NCBI GenBank assembly: GCA_017469425.1
Contig: JAFUGJ010000034.1
Span: forward strand, 18,074 to 82,073
Length of the DNA: 64,000 nt
Direction of reading: 5' to 3'
DNA from: Bacteroidales bacterium
Lineage (GTDB): Bacteria > Bacteroidota > Bacteroidia > Bacteroidales > UBA932
In this document: positions 50,760-61,858 of the stretch, piece by piece
How positions within the stretch are numbered: position 1 is the first letter of the stretch
Layout: every line of letters begins with the position of its first letter
Program-made: the position numbers and the translations under genes
Notes under the pieces: model-generated
Database searches by the model: none
What the model was told of the DNA's origin: nothing
What the model saw: the letters and a program-made list of their open reading frames with translations, nothing else

Positions 50760-51907
50760 AGTGCGTATTTTTCGCTTTGTTCGCGTATGAGCTCGTCGAG
50801 GATGCCGGGTTCGAAATAGTTGATTTTCATTGCCCGTTTCACATTGGCGAGAGTCCGGGAAGCGACAGCCCTGGCGGCTTCGGTGCCTTTGCGCAGCACT
50901 TCATACACATAGGGAATGTCCTTTTCGTATTTGGCGCGGCGCTCGCGGATGGGGCGCAGGGTGTCTTCCAGCACTTCGTAGAGGAAGTTCTTGACCATTA
51001 CATCGCCAAGTCCTCCGGCGCGGTACTGCGCCTTCACCTCTTCGAGACTGTGGAACTCGAACGACACCTTCTTGCCCACGAAGCATGAAGCGTACTTTTC
51101 GAAGTGCTCAGGCTTGCAGAAAGCATCCAGATAGGTGAAAACGGTGTTGCCTTCCACTTTTCCGGGGTCGCTTACCTGCAGGTGTCCGGGGTCGGTGTAC
51201 ATGCCGCGGACTTTCTGGCGGACGGTTTCGGAGTCGTCGCTGAGGTAGATGCAGTTGCCGAGGCTCTTGCTCATCTTGGCCTTGCCGTCGGTGCCGGGAA
51301 GCCGCAGGCAGGACGCATTGTCGGGCAGCAGTATTTCGGGCTCCACAAGCACGGGGGCGTAGGTGGAGTTGAACTTGCGCACGATTTCGCGGGTCTGCTC
51401 AATCATCGGCTCCTGGTCTTCGCCAACGGGTACCACGGTGGCGTTGAATGCAGTGATGTCGGCTGCCTGGCTGATGGGGTAGCAGAAAAACCCTACGGGA
51501 ATCCCTGCCTTGTTGTCGGCGGAGGCGTCGTCATTGAAACCGCGCTGGGCCATTTCGGCCTTCACGGTAGGATTGCGCTGCAGGCGTTGCACGGTGACCA
51601 GGTTATTGTAGAAGAAAGTGAGTTCGGTGAGTTCGCTTATCTGGCTCTGGATGAAGAGATTGCTCTTTTCAGGGTCGAGCCCTACGGACAGGTAGTCGAG
51701 GGCCACTTCGATAATGTTCTGCCGTACTTTCTCGGGATTGTCGGCATTGTCGGTAAGGGCCTGGGCATCGGCAATCATGATGAAAATCCTGTCGAACAGC
51801 CCGCTGTCCTGAAGTTCAACGCGGCGGCGCAGCGAACCAACATAATGACCGATATGGAGCCGCCCCGTAGGGCGGTCTCCGGTGAGGATAATCTTTTCTT
51901 TTGCCAT
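50756..51907 (-). CDS. trpS: tryptophan--tRNA ligase
   Basis: [30 protein letters not shown]. Confidence 0.97.
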   Translation of the reverse strand: MAKEKIILTGDRPTGRLHIGHYVGSLRRRVELQDSGLFDRIFIMIADAQALTDNADNPEKVRQNIIEVALDYLSVGLDPEKSNLFIQSQISELTELTFFYNNLVTVQRLQRNPTVKAEMAQRGFNDDASADNKAGIPVGFFCYPISQAADITAFNATVVPVGEDQEPMIEQTREIVRKFNSTYAPVLVEPEILLPDNASCLRLPGTDGKAKMSKSLGNCIYLSDDSETVRQKVRGMYTDPGHLQVSDPGKVEGNTVFTYLDAFCKPEHFEKYASCFVGKKVSFEFHSLEEVKAQYRAGGLGDVMVKNFLYEVLEDTLRPIRERRAKYEKDIPYVYEVLRKGTEAARAVASRTLANVKRAMKINYFEPGILDELIREQSEKYAL

Positions 51908-52938
51908 CAGTCCTTAACAGCTTTGAGTGCTTCGCGTATCTTTGCTTCGATTTCGTCGGCGAGTTCCGTGTTGTCGCGCAGGAGCTGTTTGGTCGCTTCG
52001 CGTCCCTGGGCGAGTTTGTCGCCGTTGTAGCTGAACCATGAGCCGGATTTGTTGATGACTCCGAACTCGACGCCGAGGTCCACGAGCTCTCCGCTGTGGG
52101 AGATGCCTTCGCCGAATACAATGTCGAACTCGGCCTTCTTGAACGGAGGGGCCATCTTGTTCTTGACGACCTTTACGCGGGTGCGGTTGCCGAGAGCGTC
52201 GTCGCCTTCCTTTATCTGGGTGGTGCGGCGCACATCGATTCGTACTGATGCATAGAATTTGAGGGCGTTGCCGCCGGTGGTGGTTTCGGGATTGCCGAAC
52301 ATGATGCCAATCTTCTCGCGCAGCTGGTTGATGAAGATGCAGCAGGTATTGGTCTTGGAAATGTTTGCAGTGAGCTTGCGGAGAGCCTGGCTCATCAGCC
52401 TTGCCTGGAGGCCGACCTTGTTGTCTCCCATTTCTCCCTCGATTTCCGCCTTGGGCGTAAGTGCTGCCACCGAGTCTATGACTACGATGTCCACCGCACC
52501 CGAACGGATGAGGTTGTCTGCAATCTCGAGGGCCTGCTCGCCGTTGTCCGGCTGCGAAATGAGCAGGGTTTCGAGATTGACGCCCAGTGCCTTGGCATAG
52601 CTGCGGTCGAAAGCATGCTCCGCATCTATCATTGCCGCGATTCCGCCTTGCTTCTGTGCCTGTGCGATGGCGTGGATTGCGAGCGTGGTCTTGCCGCTGG
52701 ATTCGGGACCATAAATCTCGATTATCCTTCCGCGGGGGTAGCCTCCGATTCCAAGTGCGTGGTCGAGGGCAACGCTTCCGCTCGGGATTACCTGGGCGTC
52801 ACTCCATTCTGGCTGGTCTCCCAACTTCATGATCGTTCCTTTACCATAGTCTTTTTCGATCTTGTCAATCGTGGCCTGGAGCGCCTTCAGTTTGGCGGCG
52901 TTCAGGTCAGTGGTCTTTTCTTCTGCTTCTTTAGCCAT
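51907..52938 (-). CDS. recA: recombinase RecA
   Basis: [37 protein letters not shown] at 52938. Confidence 0.98.
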   Translation of the reverse strand: MAKEAEEKTTDLNAAKLKALQATIDKIEKDYGKGTIMKLGDQPEWSDAQVIPSGSVALDHALGIGGYPRGRIIEIYGPESSGKTTLAIHAIAQAQKQGGIAAMIDAEHAFDRSYAKALGVNLETLLISQPDNGEQALEIADNLIRSGAVDIVVIDSVAALTPKAEIEGEMGDNKVGLQARLMSQALRKLTANISKTNTCCIFINQLREKIGIMFGNPETTTGGNALKFYASVRIDVRRTTQIKEGDDALGNRTRVKVVKNKMAPPFKKAEFDIVFGEGISHSGELVDLGVEFGVINKSGSWFSYNGDKLAQGREATKQLLRDNTELADEIEAKIREALKAVKD

Positions 52939-53015
52939 AATGAAATGTATTTTATCGTTTTGCGGGTATATACCCAAAGGCAAATATACTTAATTTTTCG
53001 TAACTTTGCCCTGAT

Positions 53016-54041
53016 ATGGTGAAGTTACTTGGCAAAACTCCCCGGGAACTTTCGGAAGAGGCTGTGCAGTGCGGCCTCAAGCCCTTTGCGGGCAGGCAGA
53101 TAGCCCAGTGGATATACGAAAAGAAGGTTCGCAGCTTCGACGCAATGACCAATCTTTCCAAGGAAGCCAGGCAGATTCTGCCGGGCCGCGCCGAACTTGG
53201 TGTCAGCCTCCCCGTGAGCAAGGCGGTAAGCGCCGACGGCACCTCCAAGTACCTTTTCCGGACGGATACATCCGTAATCGAGTCGGTAGTGATTCCCGAC
53301 GGGGAGAGGCGCACGCTCTGCGTCTCGAGCCAGGCGGGATGCGGTATGAACTGTGCCTTCTGCATGACCGGACGCAACGGTTATCACGGGCAGCTGGACG
53401 CCGCCGGCATCCTCAACCAGTTCGTGTCGGTGGACGAGGCTTCGCAGCTTACCAATGCCGTTTTCATGGGCATGGGGGAGCCTTTTGCCAACTATGATGC
53501 CGTGTCGCGGGCAATCGAGGTGCTGACCGCACCCTGGGGTTTCGGGTGGAGTCCGAAGCGGATAACGGTTTCCACCATAGGAATCATACCCAGGCTGGAG
53601 CAGTATCTGGCCGAACATAAAACCCACCTTGCGGTCAGCCTGCACAATCCTTTCGGAGAGGAAAGGCTGCAGCTGATGCCGGTTGAAAAAGCTTATCCCA
53701 TCAAAGATGTGGTGGCGCTCGTCCGCCGCTATGACTGGAGCGGCCAGCGCAGGGTAAGTTTCGAATACACCATGTTCGCAGGATGGAACGACAGCCGCCG
53801 CCATGCCGATGCTCTCATCCGCCTTCTTAAGGGCCTGGAATGCAGGGTGAACCTCATCCGTTTCCACCGGATTCCGGATTTTCCCTACGGCACTTCGCCC
53901 GACAGGGTCATGGAAGAATTCCGCGACCGTCTGAACAACAATGGAATCACCTGCACCATACGCGCTTCCCGCGGCGAAGACATCATGGCCGCCTGCGGTC
54001 TGCTTGCAGGGATGTCCGAAAATCCCCGGAATCATGACTGA
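53016..54041 (+). CDS. rlmN: 23S rRNA m2A2503 methyltransferase (radical SAM)
   Basis: [32 protein letters not shown]. Confidence 0.95.
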   Translation: MVKLLGKTPRELSEEAVQCGLKPFAGRQIAQWIYEKKVRSFDAMTNLSKEARQILPGRAELGVSLPVSKAVSADGTSKYLFRTDTSVIESVVIPDGERRTLCVSSQAGCGMNCAFCMTGRNGYHGQLDAAGILNQFVSVDEASQLTNAVFMGMGEPFANYDAVSRAIEVLTAPWGFGWSPKRITVSTIGIIPRLEQYLAEHKTHLAVSLHNPFGEERLQLMPVEKAYPIKDVVALVRRYDWSGQRRVSFEYTMFAGWNDSRRHADALIRLLKGLECRVNLIRFHRIPDFPYGTSPDRVMEEFRDRLNNNGITCTIRASRGEDIMAACGLLAGMSENPRNHD

Positions 54042-56484
54042 CAGGCTTCTCCGCATCATCCTCATTGCCATGTGCCTGACCTGCGCGTGCACACATTCGG
54101 CTGCGCAGCGAAGGGGCCCCGCCATGGGCGACAGGGTGAGGCGCGAGGAAGTAAAACTCGCGGCCACCAGCATCGACCCCTATGAGGACTCCCTGGTGTT
54201 CGTTAAGATGCGCGAACGCACGGACAGCATCCGCAAGGCCGATGGAAGGCCGGTGATTGCGCTGGTCCTGAGCGGGGGAGGGGCGAAGGGCGCCGCCCAT
54301 GTGGGGATACTCAAGTATCTGGAAGAAAAGCGGATACCCGTGGACATGATTCTCGGAACCAGCATAGGAGGGCTTGTGGGAGGAATGTATTCCCTCGGAT
54401 ACGATGCCGACTATCTCGATTCCCTGTTCCGTGTGCTCGACTGGGAGAAGATGCTTTCCGACAGGGTTGACCGCGACCTCGTGCCATACGGCAACAAGCT
54501 TCGCGACAAGCGCTACATAGTCTCGCTGCCTTTCCATTACTCTAAGGAAGATTTCGCCGCAAAGGTGGGCGACGGGGTGCGCTATTCCGCCCGGAGGCGC
54601 AATCTCAACCTTAGCGCACAACAGGAAGACGAGCTGATATACGGCGCAGCCGAGACGACAAGTTTCAACAGCCTGCCGGGAGGGTACGCCTACGGACTCA
54701 ATGTGAGCAATCTCATTGCCGGAAAGACTGTCGGGTATCAGGACTCCCTGGACTTCTCCAGACTCCCCATACCTTTTTTCTGCGTTGCATCCGACATGGT
54801 TTCCTGCAAGGCGAAATACTGGACATCGGGACCGCTCAACACCGCGCTCCGCTCCACAATGTCGATACCGGTCCTCTTCGAGCCCGTTCGGTATCAGGAC
54901 ATGATACTCATTGACGGAGGCACGCGCAACAATTACCCTACCGATGTGGCCCGCCTCATGGGGGCTGACATAATCATAGGAAGCGTCCTTTCCGACAGCG
55001 ACCTCACATACGCCCAGATAAACAACCTCGCCGACATGGTGATGCAGGTGATAGACATGCTCGGAAGGGAGGCTTATGTGGGCAACATGCGCAATACCGA
55101 CATCTACATCCACCCCGATGTGCATGAATACAACATGCTTAGTTTCAACAAGGAGGCAATCGATACCATGCTTCGCAGGGGGTATGAGGCGGCTGTGTCC
55201 TTCGAGGAGCAGTTCGATGCCCTGAAGGGGAAGGTGGGGGATGCCGCTCCGCGTCTCAGTGCTCCCGCGGCCCTGGATTTGGGCGCGTCCTGCATCAAGC
55301 TCGGAACCATTGAATTCGCGGGGGTTGACAGCGACGATGCCGGAACGCTTCTCGGAGAATGCCGTCTTGCGGAAGGGGACCTGGTTTCCAACGAAGAAAT
55401 CGAGGATGCCGTGGCAAGGCTGTTTTCGCTCGACGCCCTGGAGGCCGTGAGTTACACCCTTCATCCCGAAGGCGATGCCTACAGGCTGGTGTTCAACTGC
55501 GTCAAGGGGCCGGTTCACAGGATAGGGGCTTCGGTTCGCAGCGACAGCGAGGAACTCGTGGCCGCCCTCCTCAACATAGGATTCAATGTCAACCGTCTGC
55601 ATGGCTCGCGCCTCGACCTCGAAGGCCGCATAGGCGAACATTGGTACGGACAGGCGAGATACTCGTATTCCGCTCCACGGCTGCCGACCTTCAACCTCGC
55701 GTTCAAGGGCGGATACACCCGTGCGAATGTCCGCAGGGAACGCAATCTCTACAAGGCCGGGTTCTGGCGCAGCGGGTTAGATGCCTATGTATCCGACATG
55801 AGGCTTCAGAACTTCGATTTCCGTGCGGGAGCGAAATATGATTTTTTCTCGCTGAATTCGTGGCTTACCGATTCGGGAGTGGCCGTTCCCCGCAGCCAGA
55901 TGAGGCTCATGCACAGCAATTACGGTACAATCTACACCAATGTCCGCCATTACACTCTCGATGACGATTATTATCCCTCCCGCGGGCTGAATCTCGGAGC
56001 GGACCTGCAATGGATAGCAGGCCCGGAAGGGGCAAAAGTCATGTCGCTGGACTTCAGGACCGTCATTCCCATTACCGAGAAAGTAGCCGTCATTCCTTCG
56101 CTTTGGTCGCGCAATGTAGTGGATGCAAGGTCGGACAATCTGTATCTGCAGAATTTCGCAGGAGGCGCCGTGGCGGGCAGATACACCGACTCCCAGATGC
56201 CCTTTATCGGATTTAACGGAAGCACGCCCCTGCGCAACTGCGCCCTGGTTTCCAATGTCGATTTCCGTTTCAATCCCGCGAAGAACTTCTATACAAGCGT
56301 GCAGGCAGGAGTTATCTGTGACAATGACGGGTTTTTCCGTAAACTGAAGGATTTGTCTCCGCGCTATTACGGTGTCGCCCTGGAACTTGCCTACAATTCT
56401 TTCATCGGTCCGCTCAGGGCGAGGATGCAGTGGTCGGATTTCTGCGGTTGGACTGCCTATGCCGGAGTAGGTCTTGATTTTTGA
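54034..56484 (+). CDS. patatin-like phospholipase with POTRA and outer-membrane beta-barrel (PlpD-like)
   Basis: [16 protein letters not shown]; C-terminal YNSFIGPL...GVGLDF barrel signature. ATG at 54034. Confidence 0.88.
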   Translation: MTDRLLRIILIAMCLTCACTHSAAQRRGPAMGDRVRREEVKLAATSIDPYEDSLVFVKMRERTDSIRKADGRPVIALVLSGGGAKGAAHVGILKYLEEKRIPVDMILGTSIGGLVGGMYSLGYDADYLDSLFRVLDWEKMLSDRVDRDLVPYGNKLRDKRYIVSLPFHYSKEDFAAKVGDGVRYSARRRNLNLSAQQEDELIYGAAETTSFNSLPGGYAYGLNVSNLIAGKTVGYQDSLDFSRLPIPFFCVASDMVSCKAKYWTSGPLNTALRSTMSIPVLFEPVRYQDMILIDGGTRNNYPTDVARLMGADIIIGSVLSDSDLTYAQINNLADMVMQVIDMLGREAYVGNMRNTDIYIHPDVHEYNMLSFNKEAIDTMLRRGYEAAVSFEEQFDALKGKVGDAAPRLSAPAALDLGASCIKLGTIEFAGVDSDDAGTLLGECRLAEGDLVSNEEIEDAVARLFSLDALEAVSYTLHPEGDAYRLVFNCVKGPVHRIGASVRSDSEELVAALLNIGFNVNRLHGSRLDLEGRIGEHWYGQARYSYSAPRLPTFNLAFKGGYTRANVRRERNLYKAGFWRSGLDAYVSDMRLQNFDFRAGAKYDFFSLNSWLTDSGVAVPRSQMRLMHSNYGTIYTNVRHYTLDDDYYPSRGLNLGADLQWIAGPEGAKVMSLDFRTVIPITEKVAVIPSLWSRNVVDARSDNLYLQNFAGGAVAGRYTDSQMPFIGFNGSTPLRNCALVSNVDFRFNPAKNFYTSVQAGVICDNDGFFRKLKDLSPRYYGVALELAYNSFIGPLRARMQWSDFCGWTAYAGVGLDF

Positions 56485-56485
56485 T

Positions 56486-56944
56486 ATGGACAAGAGAATA
56501 AAGGCTGTTTATGACGCCCTTTCAGCCCAGTGTGCCAAAAGGGAGTATTGCGAAAGCGACATTTTGAGGAAGGCTGCCGAAAGGCTGGACGGCGACCGTG
56601 AGGCCGCATCCGAAGTGCTTGAAACCCTGGTGGGGGAGCGTTTCGTTGACAATGCCCGCTATGCGGCAGCTTTCGCCCGTGAGAAATCTTCCCTTCAGGG
56701 CTGGGGCACGGTAAAAATCCGCTATATGCTTCGGGCAAAGGGTGTTTCGGAATCCGACATAGCCGCCGGGCTTGCTGAAATAGAGCCCGAAAAAGCCTCG
56801 GCACGCCTCGACAAACTTCTTGAAAGCAAATGGAAAACCCTTGCGGAGGACCCCCAGGGCAAATTCAAGCTTATCAAATTCGCCCTAACCCGCGGCTACG
56901 ACTACCCCGAGGTGGAGGCTGCGCTGAGGAAGATAACAGGATAA
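56486..56944 (+). CDS. recX: regulatory protein RecX
   Basis: CAKREYC, FVDNARYA, WGTVKI, KFALTRGY. Confidence 0.9.
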   Translation: MDKRIKAVYDALSAQCAKREYCESDILRKAAERLDGDREAASEVLETLVGERFVDNARYAAAFAREKSSLQGWGTVKIRYMLRAKGVSESDIAAGLAEIEPEKASARLDKLLESKWKTLAEDPQGKFKLIKFALTRGYDYPEVEAALRKITG

Positions 56945-56973
56945 AAAAAAGCCCGGTTCATCCGGACTTTTTT
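56943..56973. terminator. probable bidirectional intrinsic terminator between recX and tRNA-Pro
   Basis: A-tract, GCCCGG-TTCAT-CCGGAC, T-tract; the stem is complete with a G-U pair on the minus strand. Confidence 0.75.
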
Positions 56974-56974
56974 G

Positions 56975-57047
56975 TCGAGAAGAGGCGACTCGAACGCCCG
57001 ACCCCTACGTCCCGAACGTAGTGCGCTACCAACTGCGCTACTTCTCG
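56975..57047 (-). tRNA. tRNA-Pro (anticodon CGG)
   Basis: CGAGAAGTAGCGCAGTTGGTAGCGCACTACG-TTCGGGA-CGTAGGGGTCGGGCGTTCGAGTCGCCTCTTCTCGA cloverleaf; CCA not encoded. Confidence 0.95.
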
Positions 57048-57080
57048 AAAACAAAGGCGCGGACTGTACCGCGCCTTGTT
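57048..57080 (-). terminator. terminator-like hairpin between rpsT and tRNA-Pro
   Basis: Minus strand AAGGCGCGG-TACAGT-CCGCGCCTT followed by TGTTTT. Confidence 0.65.
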
Positions 57081-57089
57081 AAGTTTCTA

Positions 57090-57344
57090 TTACGAAAGCT
57101 TGTTGATGTACAGTGCAATTCCACTCTTGAGGTTGGAAGCCTTGTTCTTGTGAATCACTCCCTGCTTTGCGAGCTTGTCGATCATAGCGTAAACCTTGGG
57201 AGCTTCTGCCTCCGCCGCCTTCTTGTCCGTGGTTGTGCGGATTGCGCGGATGGCATTCCTGGTTGTCTTTGCATAATACCTGTTATGCAACTTGCGCCTT
57301 TCGCCTTGACGATTGGCTTTCTCTGCTGATGCGTTGTTTGCCAT
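57090..57344 (-). CDS. rpsT: 30S ribosomal protein S20
   Basis: [43 protein letters not shown]. Confidence 0.96.
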   Translation of the reverse strand: MANNASAEKANRQGERRKLHNRYYAKTTRNAIRAIRTTTDKKAAEAEAPKVYAMIDKLAKQGVIHKNKASNLKSGIALYINKLS

Positions 57345-57369
57345 TGTTATACTTTTTTATAATTTTTCG

Positions 57370-57441
57370 TAGTGGGTAGGAGAATCGAACTCCTATTGCA
57401 GGAATGAAAATCCTGAGTACTAACCGTTATACGAACCCACC
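57370..57441 (-). tRNA. tRNA-Glu (anticodon TTC)
   Basis: GGTGGGTTCGTATAACGGTTAGTACTCAGGA-TTTTCAT-TCCTGCAATAGGAGTTCGATTCTCCTACCCACTA; promoter box TACCTTTG just upstream; CCA not encoded. Confidence 0.95.
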
Positions 57442-57476
57442 GTCCATCAAAGGGAGTGCAAAGGTACGAAATATTT

Positions 57477-58487
57477 TTAATTACGCAACTCTTTTTCTCC
57501 GCTTTTTTGATTCCATTCCCAAGAATACAGGATTGACTCAACCTGACGGAGATATTGGCGCTTGTCATATTTGGGCGCATATACGAATGCATCGCACACT
57601 ACCACATACTTTCCGTCAGGGCTGTAGAAGGAATGCGACACGAACGGACCTCCCATGTAATCGTTCTCGACTTCCCAGTAACCGCGTGTCTGGGCGAAGC
57701 TGCGTCCCTGGTATTTGAGGAACTCCACGGTTGGGGTGGGAATCTCTCCGGTGGTCATGTAGGTGTTTTCGAACATTCCGGGCACATTGTTCCGGAGGGT
57801 TTCGTTGCGGTGTGCTATGATGTTGTTCACGCTGAAGTCGGCCTTGTCGCCCAGGGCGGGATAACGGTAAACGAAAATGCCCTGTATGGTGTACTGTTTT
57901 TCGTCGGCAATCCAGATGAAGTCCTCGGTTTTTTTCTTGAACTGGTATCCGGTAGGGAAATGAAGTGACCCCCCGAAGATTCCGTCCACCATGACGGCAA
58001 GGTCCTTCACCTCATAACGCAGGGTGTTGCGTATCACCCTGTCGCGTTCAGCCTGTTCAATGTAGGCGACTATCTCTTTCCCGTTCTTTTCAAGCATGCT
58101 CACCGCCTCCTGTGCATCGGGCGCGGCAATCTTTATCAGGGCCTGGGGGCTGGCCCAGACATCCTTCATGTATTTTACTCCGGGTTCTGCCACGAGAGGG
58201 TCGATGTCGAAAGCGATGATGTTGCGGTGAACTTTGAAGAGGTCGGCGAATCCGCCGTGGGTGACATTCGAAAGGGAATAAAGCGGTTCTCTCATGATAA
58301 ACCAGGGGCAGTCGCGGGCAAGCAGCTCGCGGGTGGCGTTCCCTACGGCTCCTTCCCAGTCGGTTTTCTCGATGACGACGAGAATTTCTCCGGCCTTGCC
58401 GCTCACGCTGGGGAGCATTTTGCCGGAACGGCGGCCGCAGGAGCAGAGCGCGGCGGCTACCATGATTATCAGTGCAATTCTTTTCAT
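57477..58487 (-). CDS. DUF4837 family lipoprotein
   Basis: Lipobox LCSC; SGKAGEILVV, RGYWEVENDYMGGPFVSH, FVYAPKYDKR. Confidence 0.85.
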   Translation of the reverse strand: MKRIALIIMVAAALCSCGRRSGKMLPSVSGKAGEILVVIEKTDWEGAVGNATRELLARDCPWFIMREPLYSLSNVTHGGFADLFKVHRNIIAFDIDPLVAEPGVKYMKDVWASPQALIKIAAPDAQEAVSMLEKNGKEIVAYIEQAERDRVIRNTLRYEVKDLAVMVDGIFGGSLHFPTGYQFKKKTEDFIWIADEKQYTIQGIFVYRYPALGDKADFSVNNIIAHRNETLRNNVPGMFENTYMTTGEIPTPTVEFLKYQGRSFAQTRGYWEVENDYMGGPFVSHSFYSPDGKYVVVCDAFVYAPKYDKRQYLRQVESILYSWEWNQKSGEKELRN

Positions 58488-58495
58488 ATCCGGTG

Positions 58496-59836
58496 TCAGT
58501 GTATTAATCGTCCGATGTCGTTGCTGAATGCCAGCATCATAAGAGCCAGCAGAAGTATCATCCCAACCATCTGCGCCGCCATCATGAAGCGGTCGGATGG
58601 CTTGCGCCCGGTGATAATCTCGTAGATGGTAAATACGATATGCCCGCCGTCAAGCCCCGGGATGGGAAGCAGGTTCATCACTCCGAGCATGATGGAGAAG
58701 ATGGCCATGAGGTAAACGAACTGGTACCAGTCCCATGCGGAGGGAAAGACCTGCCCGATGGCAATGAAACTTCCTACTGACTTGTATGCTCCGGAAGAAG
58801 GGGTCGCGAGGAGTTTGAGGTCGCGCAAGTATCCTCCCAGGGTGCTGCCTGTGAGCTTGAGACCGGCAGGGATGGCCTGCAGGCCGGTATATTTCATGCG
58901 CCTGATTTCCGGGGATTTCATGTAGGCCCCTATCCTTCCGGTGCTGTCGACCTGCAGGGCCACGAGCAGGGTGTCCGGTTCACGGAGGACGGTGGCCGTC
59001 GTCTGCCGTCCGCTGAGTTCGGCGAGCAGGGGCCGGGCGTCCTGAAGGAAGCTCACGGGCTTGGAGTCGATTGCTACGATGCGGTCGCCGCGCTGCAGCC
59101 CTGCGTCCGCGTTTATTCCGTCCGAAGCAAGCGAATCTATGACAAAAGGCACTGCGAGGTCGAACATCATGGGGGTGTTCAGCACTTCCGGGAGCATGGC
59201 CCCGTCGATGTAGAGGCTGAGGGTGTCGCCGCCCCTAAGCAGGCGCACCTGGCGCACATTGCGCCTCGCAAGGTCGGCCTGGAGCATCCCGAAATTCTCG
59301 GGAACATATCCGTCGAAATCGAGGATGCGGTCGCCCGGGCGGAATCCCATTTCCGTGGCAAGGCTGTCAGGGTAGATTGCGGAACCCTCGTTGGGGATGT
59401 AGCTCTGCCCCCAGATGGCCATTATCATGCAGAATGCGATGATGGCGAAAATGAAGTTGTACATCACCCCTCCTGCCATCACGAGCAGGCGCTGCCAGGG
59501 ATTGTGGGTGCGGAACTCCCAACTCTGGGGAGCCCTTTTCAACTGTTCGGTATCAAGGCTTTCGTCTATCATCCCGGCAATTTTGCAGTATCCGCCAAGG
59601 GGAAGCCAGCCTATCCCGTATTCCGTTTCCCATTCCGCCGCTTTCGGGAACAGGCGCGCGAACCAGCGGCTGCGCTTTGTGCTGAAAAGACAGTTCCCTC
59701 CTATGTCGAAGAAGAGGAAGAACTTCTCTACCCGGATGCGGAAGAGTTTGGCGAAGCTGAAATGCCCGGCTTCGTGGATGATGATGAGTATGGACAGTGC
59801 AAGTACAACTTGCAGGATTTTAATGAGGACGGTCAT
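58496..59836 (-). CDS. rseP: RIP metalloprotease RseP
   Basis: IHEAGH, LPLGGYCKI, PDZ region, NLLPIPGLDGG. Confidence 0.95.
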   Translation of the reverse strand: MTVLIKILQVVLALSILIIIHEAGHFSFAKLFRIRVEKFFLFFDIGGNCLFSTKRSRWFARLFPKAAEWETEYGIGWLPLGGYCKIAGMIDESLDTEQLKRAPQSWEFRTHNPWQRLLVMAGGVMYNFIFAIIAFCMIMAIWGQSYIPNEGSAIYPDSLATEMGFRPGDRILDFDGYVPENFGMLQADLARRNVRQVRLLRGGDTLSLYIDGAMLPEVLNTPMMFDLAVPFVIDSLASDGINADAGLQRGDRIVAIDSKPVSFLQDARPLLAELSGRQTTATVLREPDTLLVALQVDSTGRIGAYMKSPEIRRMKYTGLQAIPAGLKLTGSTLGGYLRDLKLLATPSSGAYKSVGSFIAIGQVFPSAWDWYQFVYLMAIFSIMLGVMNLLPIPGLDGGHIVFTIYEIITGRKPSDRFMMAAQMVGMILLLALMMLAFSNDIGRLIH

Positions 59837-60987
59837 CGTCGGATGCTTTCGCTCGCTTTTGCGGCAACTTCGGCGTTGGTGGCGAAAATGTCATCGAGCG
59901 AAGGGTTTTCTGCAAAATTCAGACCAGCAAGCGCATCCTCGCAAATCCGTGCAATGTCGTAGAAGCCGATGCGGTCGTGCAGGAAGGCATCTACCGCCAC
60001 TTCGTTGGCGGCATTCAGGGCGCATGGTGCATTACCTCCGCGGCGGATGGCCTCGTATGCCAGGGCAAGACAAGGGAAACGCCAGATGTCGGCATTGGAG
60101 AAGCTGAGATTTCCGAGAGTGCCGAAGTCGAGCTTGCGGTTGCCGACGCTGATGCGGGCGGGGAAACTCAGCGCAAAGCCTATGGGCTCGCGCATGTCCG
60201 GGCTTGCCAGCTGCGCGATGACTGCACCGTCTTCGAATTCTACCATGGAGTGGATTACCGATTCGGGATGCACCACCACATTGATGCGTTCGGCGGGAAT
60301 GTCGAACAGCCAACGGGCCTCGATGACTTCGAAACCCTTGTTCATCATGGTGGAGGAATCGATGGTGACCTTTGCGCCCATGCTCCAGTTCGGATGTTTC
60401 AGGGCCTGGTCTTTCGTGGCTGTGGCAATCTGCTCCCGGGTCCATGTGCGGAAAGGGCCTCCGGAAGCGGTGAGATGGATTTTTTCGACCGCATTGCCCC
60501 GTGCTGCCAGCAGGCACTGGAAGATGGCGGAGTGTTCCGAATCGACGGGGAGAATCACCCCTTCGTTTTCGCGCATGGTGCGGGTTACGATGGCTCCGGC
60601 GGCAACCAGGGTTTCCTTGTTTGCAAGGGCGACTATCTTCCCGGCCTGCAGTGCCGCAAGGGTGGGGCGGAGGCCGCTGAATCCTACCATCGCGCCGACT
60701 ACAATCTGCACTTCGTCCGCGGCTGCCAGCTCACACAGGCTGTCGATGCCCGCAAAAACCTTGGAATCCGTATCCGACAGTGCGGAAGACAGTTCTGCGT
60801 ATCTGTCCGGATTGCAGACCACGACATTGTTTACATCGAACTCCCTTGCCTGTTCTTCAAGCAGGGCGATGTTGTTGTTTGCGGAAATCAGTTCCACTTC
60901 GAAAAGATCCCGGTGCTGGCGCACCACATCGAGCGTCTGGGTGCCGATGGACCCTGTTGAACCTAAAATCGCAATTTTTCTCTTCAT
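59833..60987 (-). CDS. dxr: 1-deoxy-D-xylulose-5-phosphate reductoisomerase
   Basis: ILGSTGSIG, LANKE, PVDSEHSA, HPNWSMG, NAANE. Confidence 0.97.
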   Translation of the reverse strand: MKRKIAILGSTGSIGTQTLDVVRQHRDLFEVELISANNNIALLEEQAREFDVNNVVVCNPDRYAELSSALSDTDSKVFAGIDSLCELAAADEVQIVVGAMVGFSGLRPTLAALQAGKIVALANKETLVAAGAIVTRTMRENEGVILPVDSEHSAIFQCLLAARGNAVEKIHLTASGGPFRTWTREQIATATKDQALKHPNWSMGAKVTIDSSTMMNKGFEVIEARWLFDIPAERINVVVHPESVIHSMVEFEDGAVIAQLASPDMREPIGFALSFPARISVGNRKLDFGTLGNLSFSNADIWRFPCLALAYEAIRRGGNAPCALNAANEVAVDAFLHDRIGFYDIARICEDALAGLNFAENPSLDDIFATNAEVAAKASESIRR

Positions 60988-61835
60988 CAGAATTTACAGT
61001 ATTTGGCCGGGTCGATTGCTTCGCCGTCGTGCCAGAGTTCGAAGCGGAGATGGTCGCTGGTGGTAAGGCTTCCGGTGCTGCCCACGAGGGCTATGCTGGC
61101 GCCTGCGGATACTTTGTCGCCGGTTTTCCGCAGGATTTTCTGGTTGTGCTTGTAGTAGGATACAAGGCCGCTGCGATGCTGCAGGGCGATGGTGTAGCCT
61201 GCCTCGTCCGTCCATCCGGCGAATATGACGGTTCCGTCAAGGACGGCGCAGACGGCGGCCCCTGCGGGAGCGGTGATGTCGATGGCCGGGTGGAGCACTG
61301 CATCGAAACTCTGGGTGACCGTGCCTTTGAGGGGAGTGAAGAAGTGCATGCCTTCCAGCGGAAGTTCGCGTTTGCGCTCCGACACTCCGAAGTGCCCGCT
61401 GCCTGTGACGGCGTCGCGAAGCAGGGAATCTCCACGGGCTATTTCCGCATCGCTCAGTTTGCGAAGGTATTCGGCGGTATTGTTTGCAAGCAGGCTGTCG
61501 GGGCTGATTGTCTGTTCTCCTGCAAGCACCCTTCCGAGGTTTTCGGCATATAGCGCCCAGCGGGTCATCTCGTTTTCGAGGGAATCAATCTTGAGGGCAT
61601 TGGCTATCGCACCGCGCTTGAAATGGGCGTCAGGATAACCTGGAACGGTGGTTTTCAGGGGGGTGAGGGCGATGATGCACCATGCGAGCAGGGAAACCGC
61701 CACCAAGGCGGTAACGCCCCAGACAATGAGTGCTATGCGCGAGAAACGCCAGAACCGGACCCGTTTGTGGGTGTGGTCTTCCTCAAGGGAGAGCCTGTAT
61801 ATTTTATTCCATTCTCCAGGATTACTATTTCCCAT
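60987..61835 (-). CDS. M23 family metallopeptidase
   Basis: N-terminal TM; HPAIDI (HxxxD), YKHNQ; HxH motif altered to HLR. ATG at 61835. Confidence 0.85.
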   Translation of the reverse strand: MGNSNPGEWNKIYRLSLEEDHTHKRVRFWRFSRIALIVWGVTALVAVSLLAWCIIALTPLKTTVPGYPDAHFKRGAIANALKIDSLENEMTRWALYAENLGRVLAGEQTISPDSLLANNTAEYLRKLSDAEIARGDSLLRDAVTGSGHFGVSERKRELPLEGMHFFTPLKGTVTQSFDAVLHPAIDITAPAGAAVCAVLDGTVIFAGWTDEAGYTIALQHRSGLVSYYKHNQKILRKTGDKVSAGASIALVGSTGSLTTSDHLRFELWHDGEAIDPAKYCKF

Positions 61836-61858
61836 ATTATTCTTAAATTTGCATCTTG

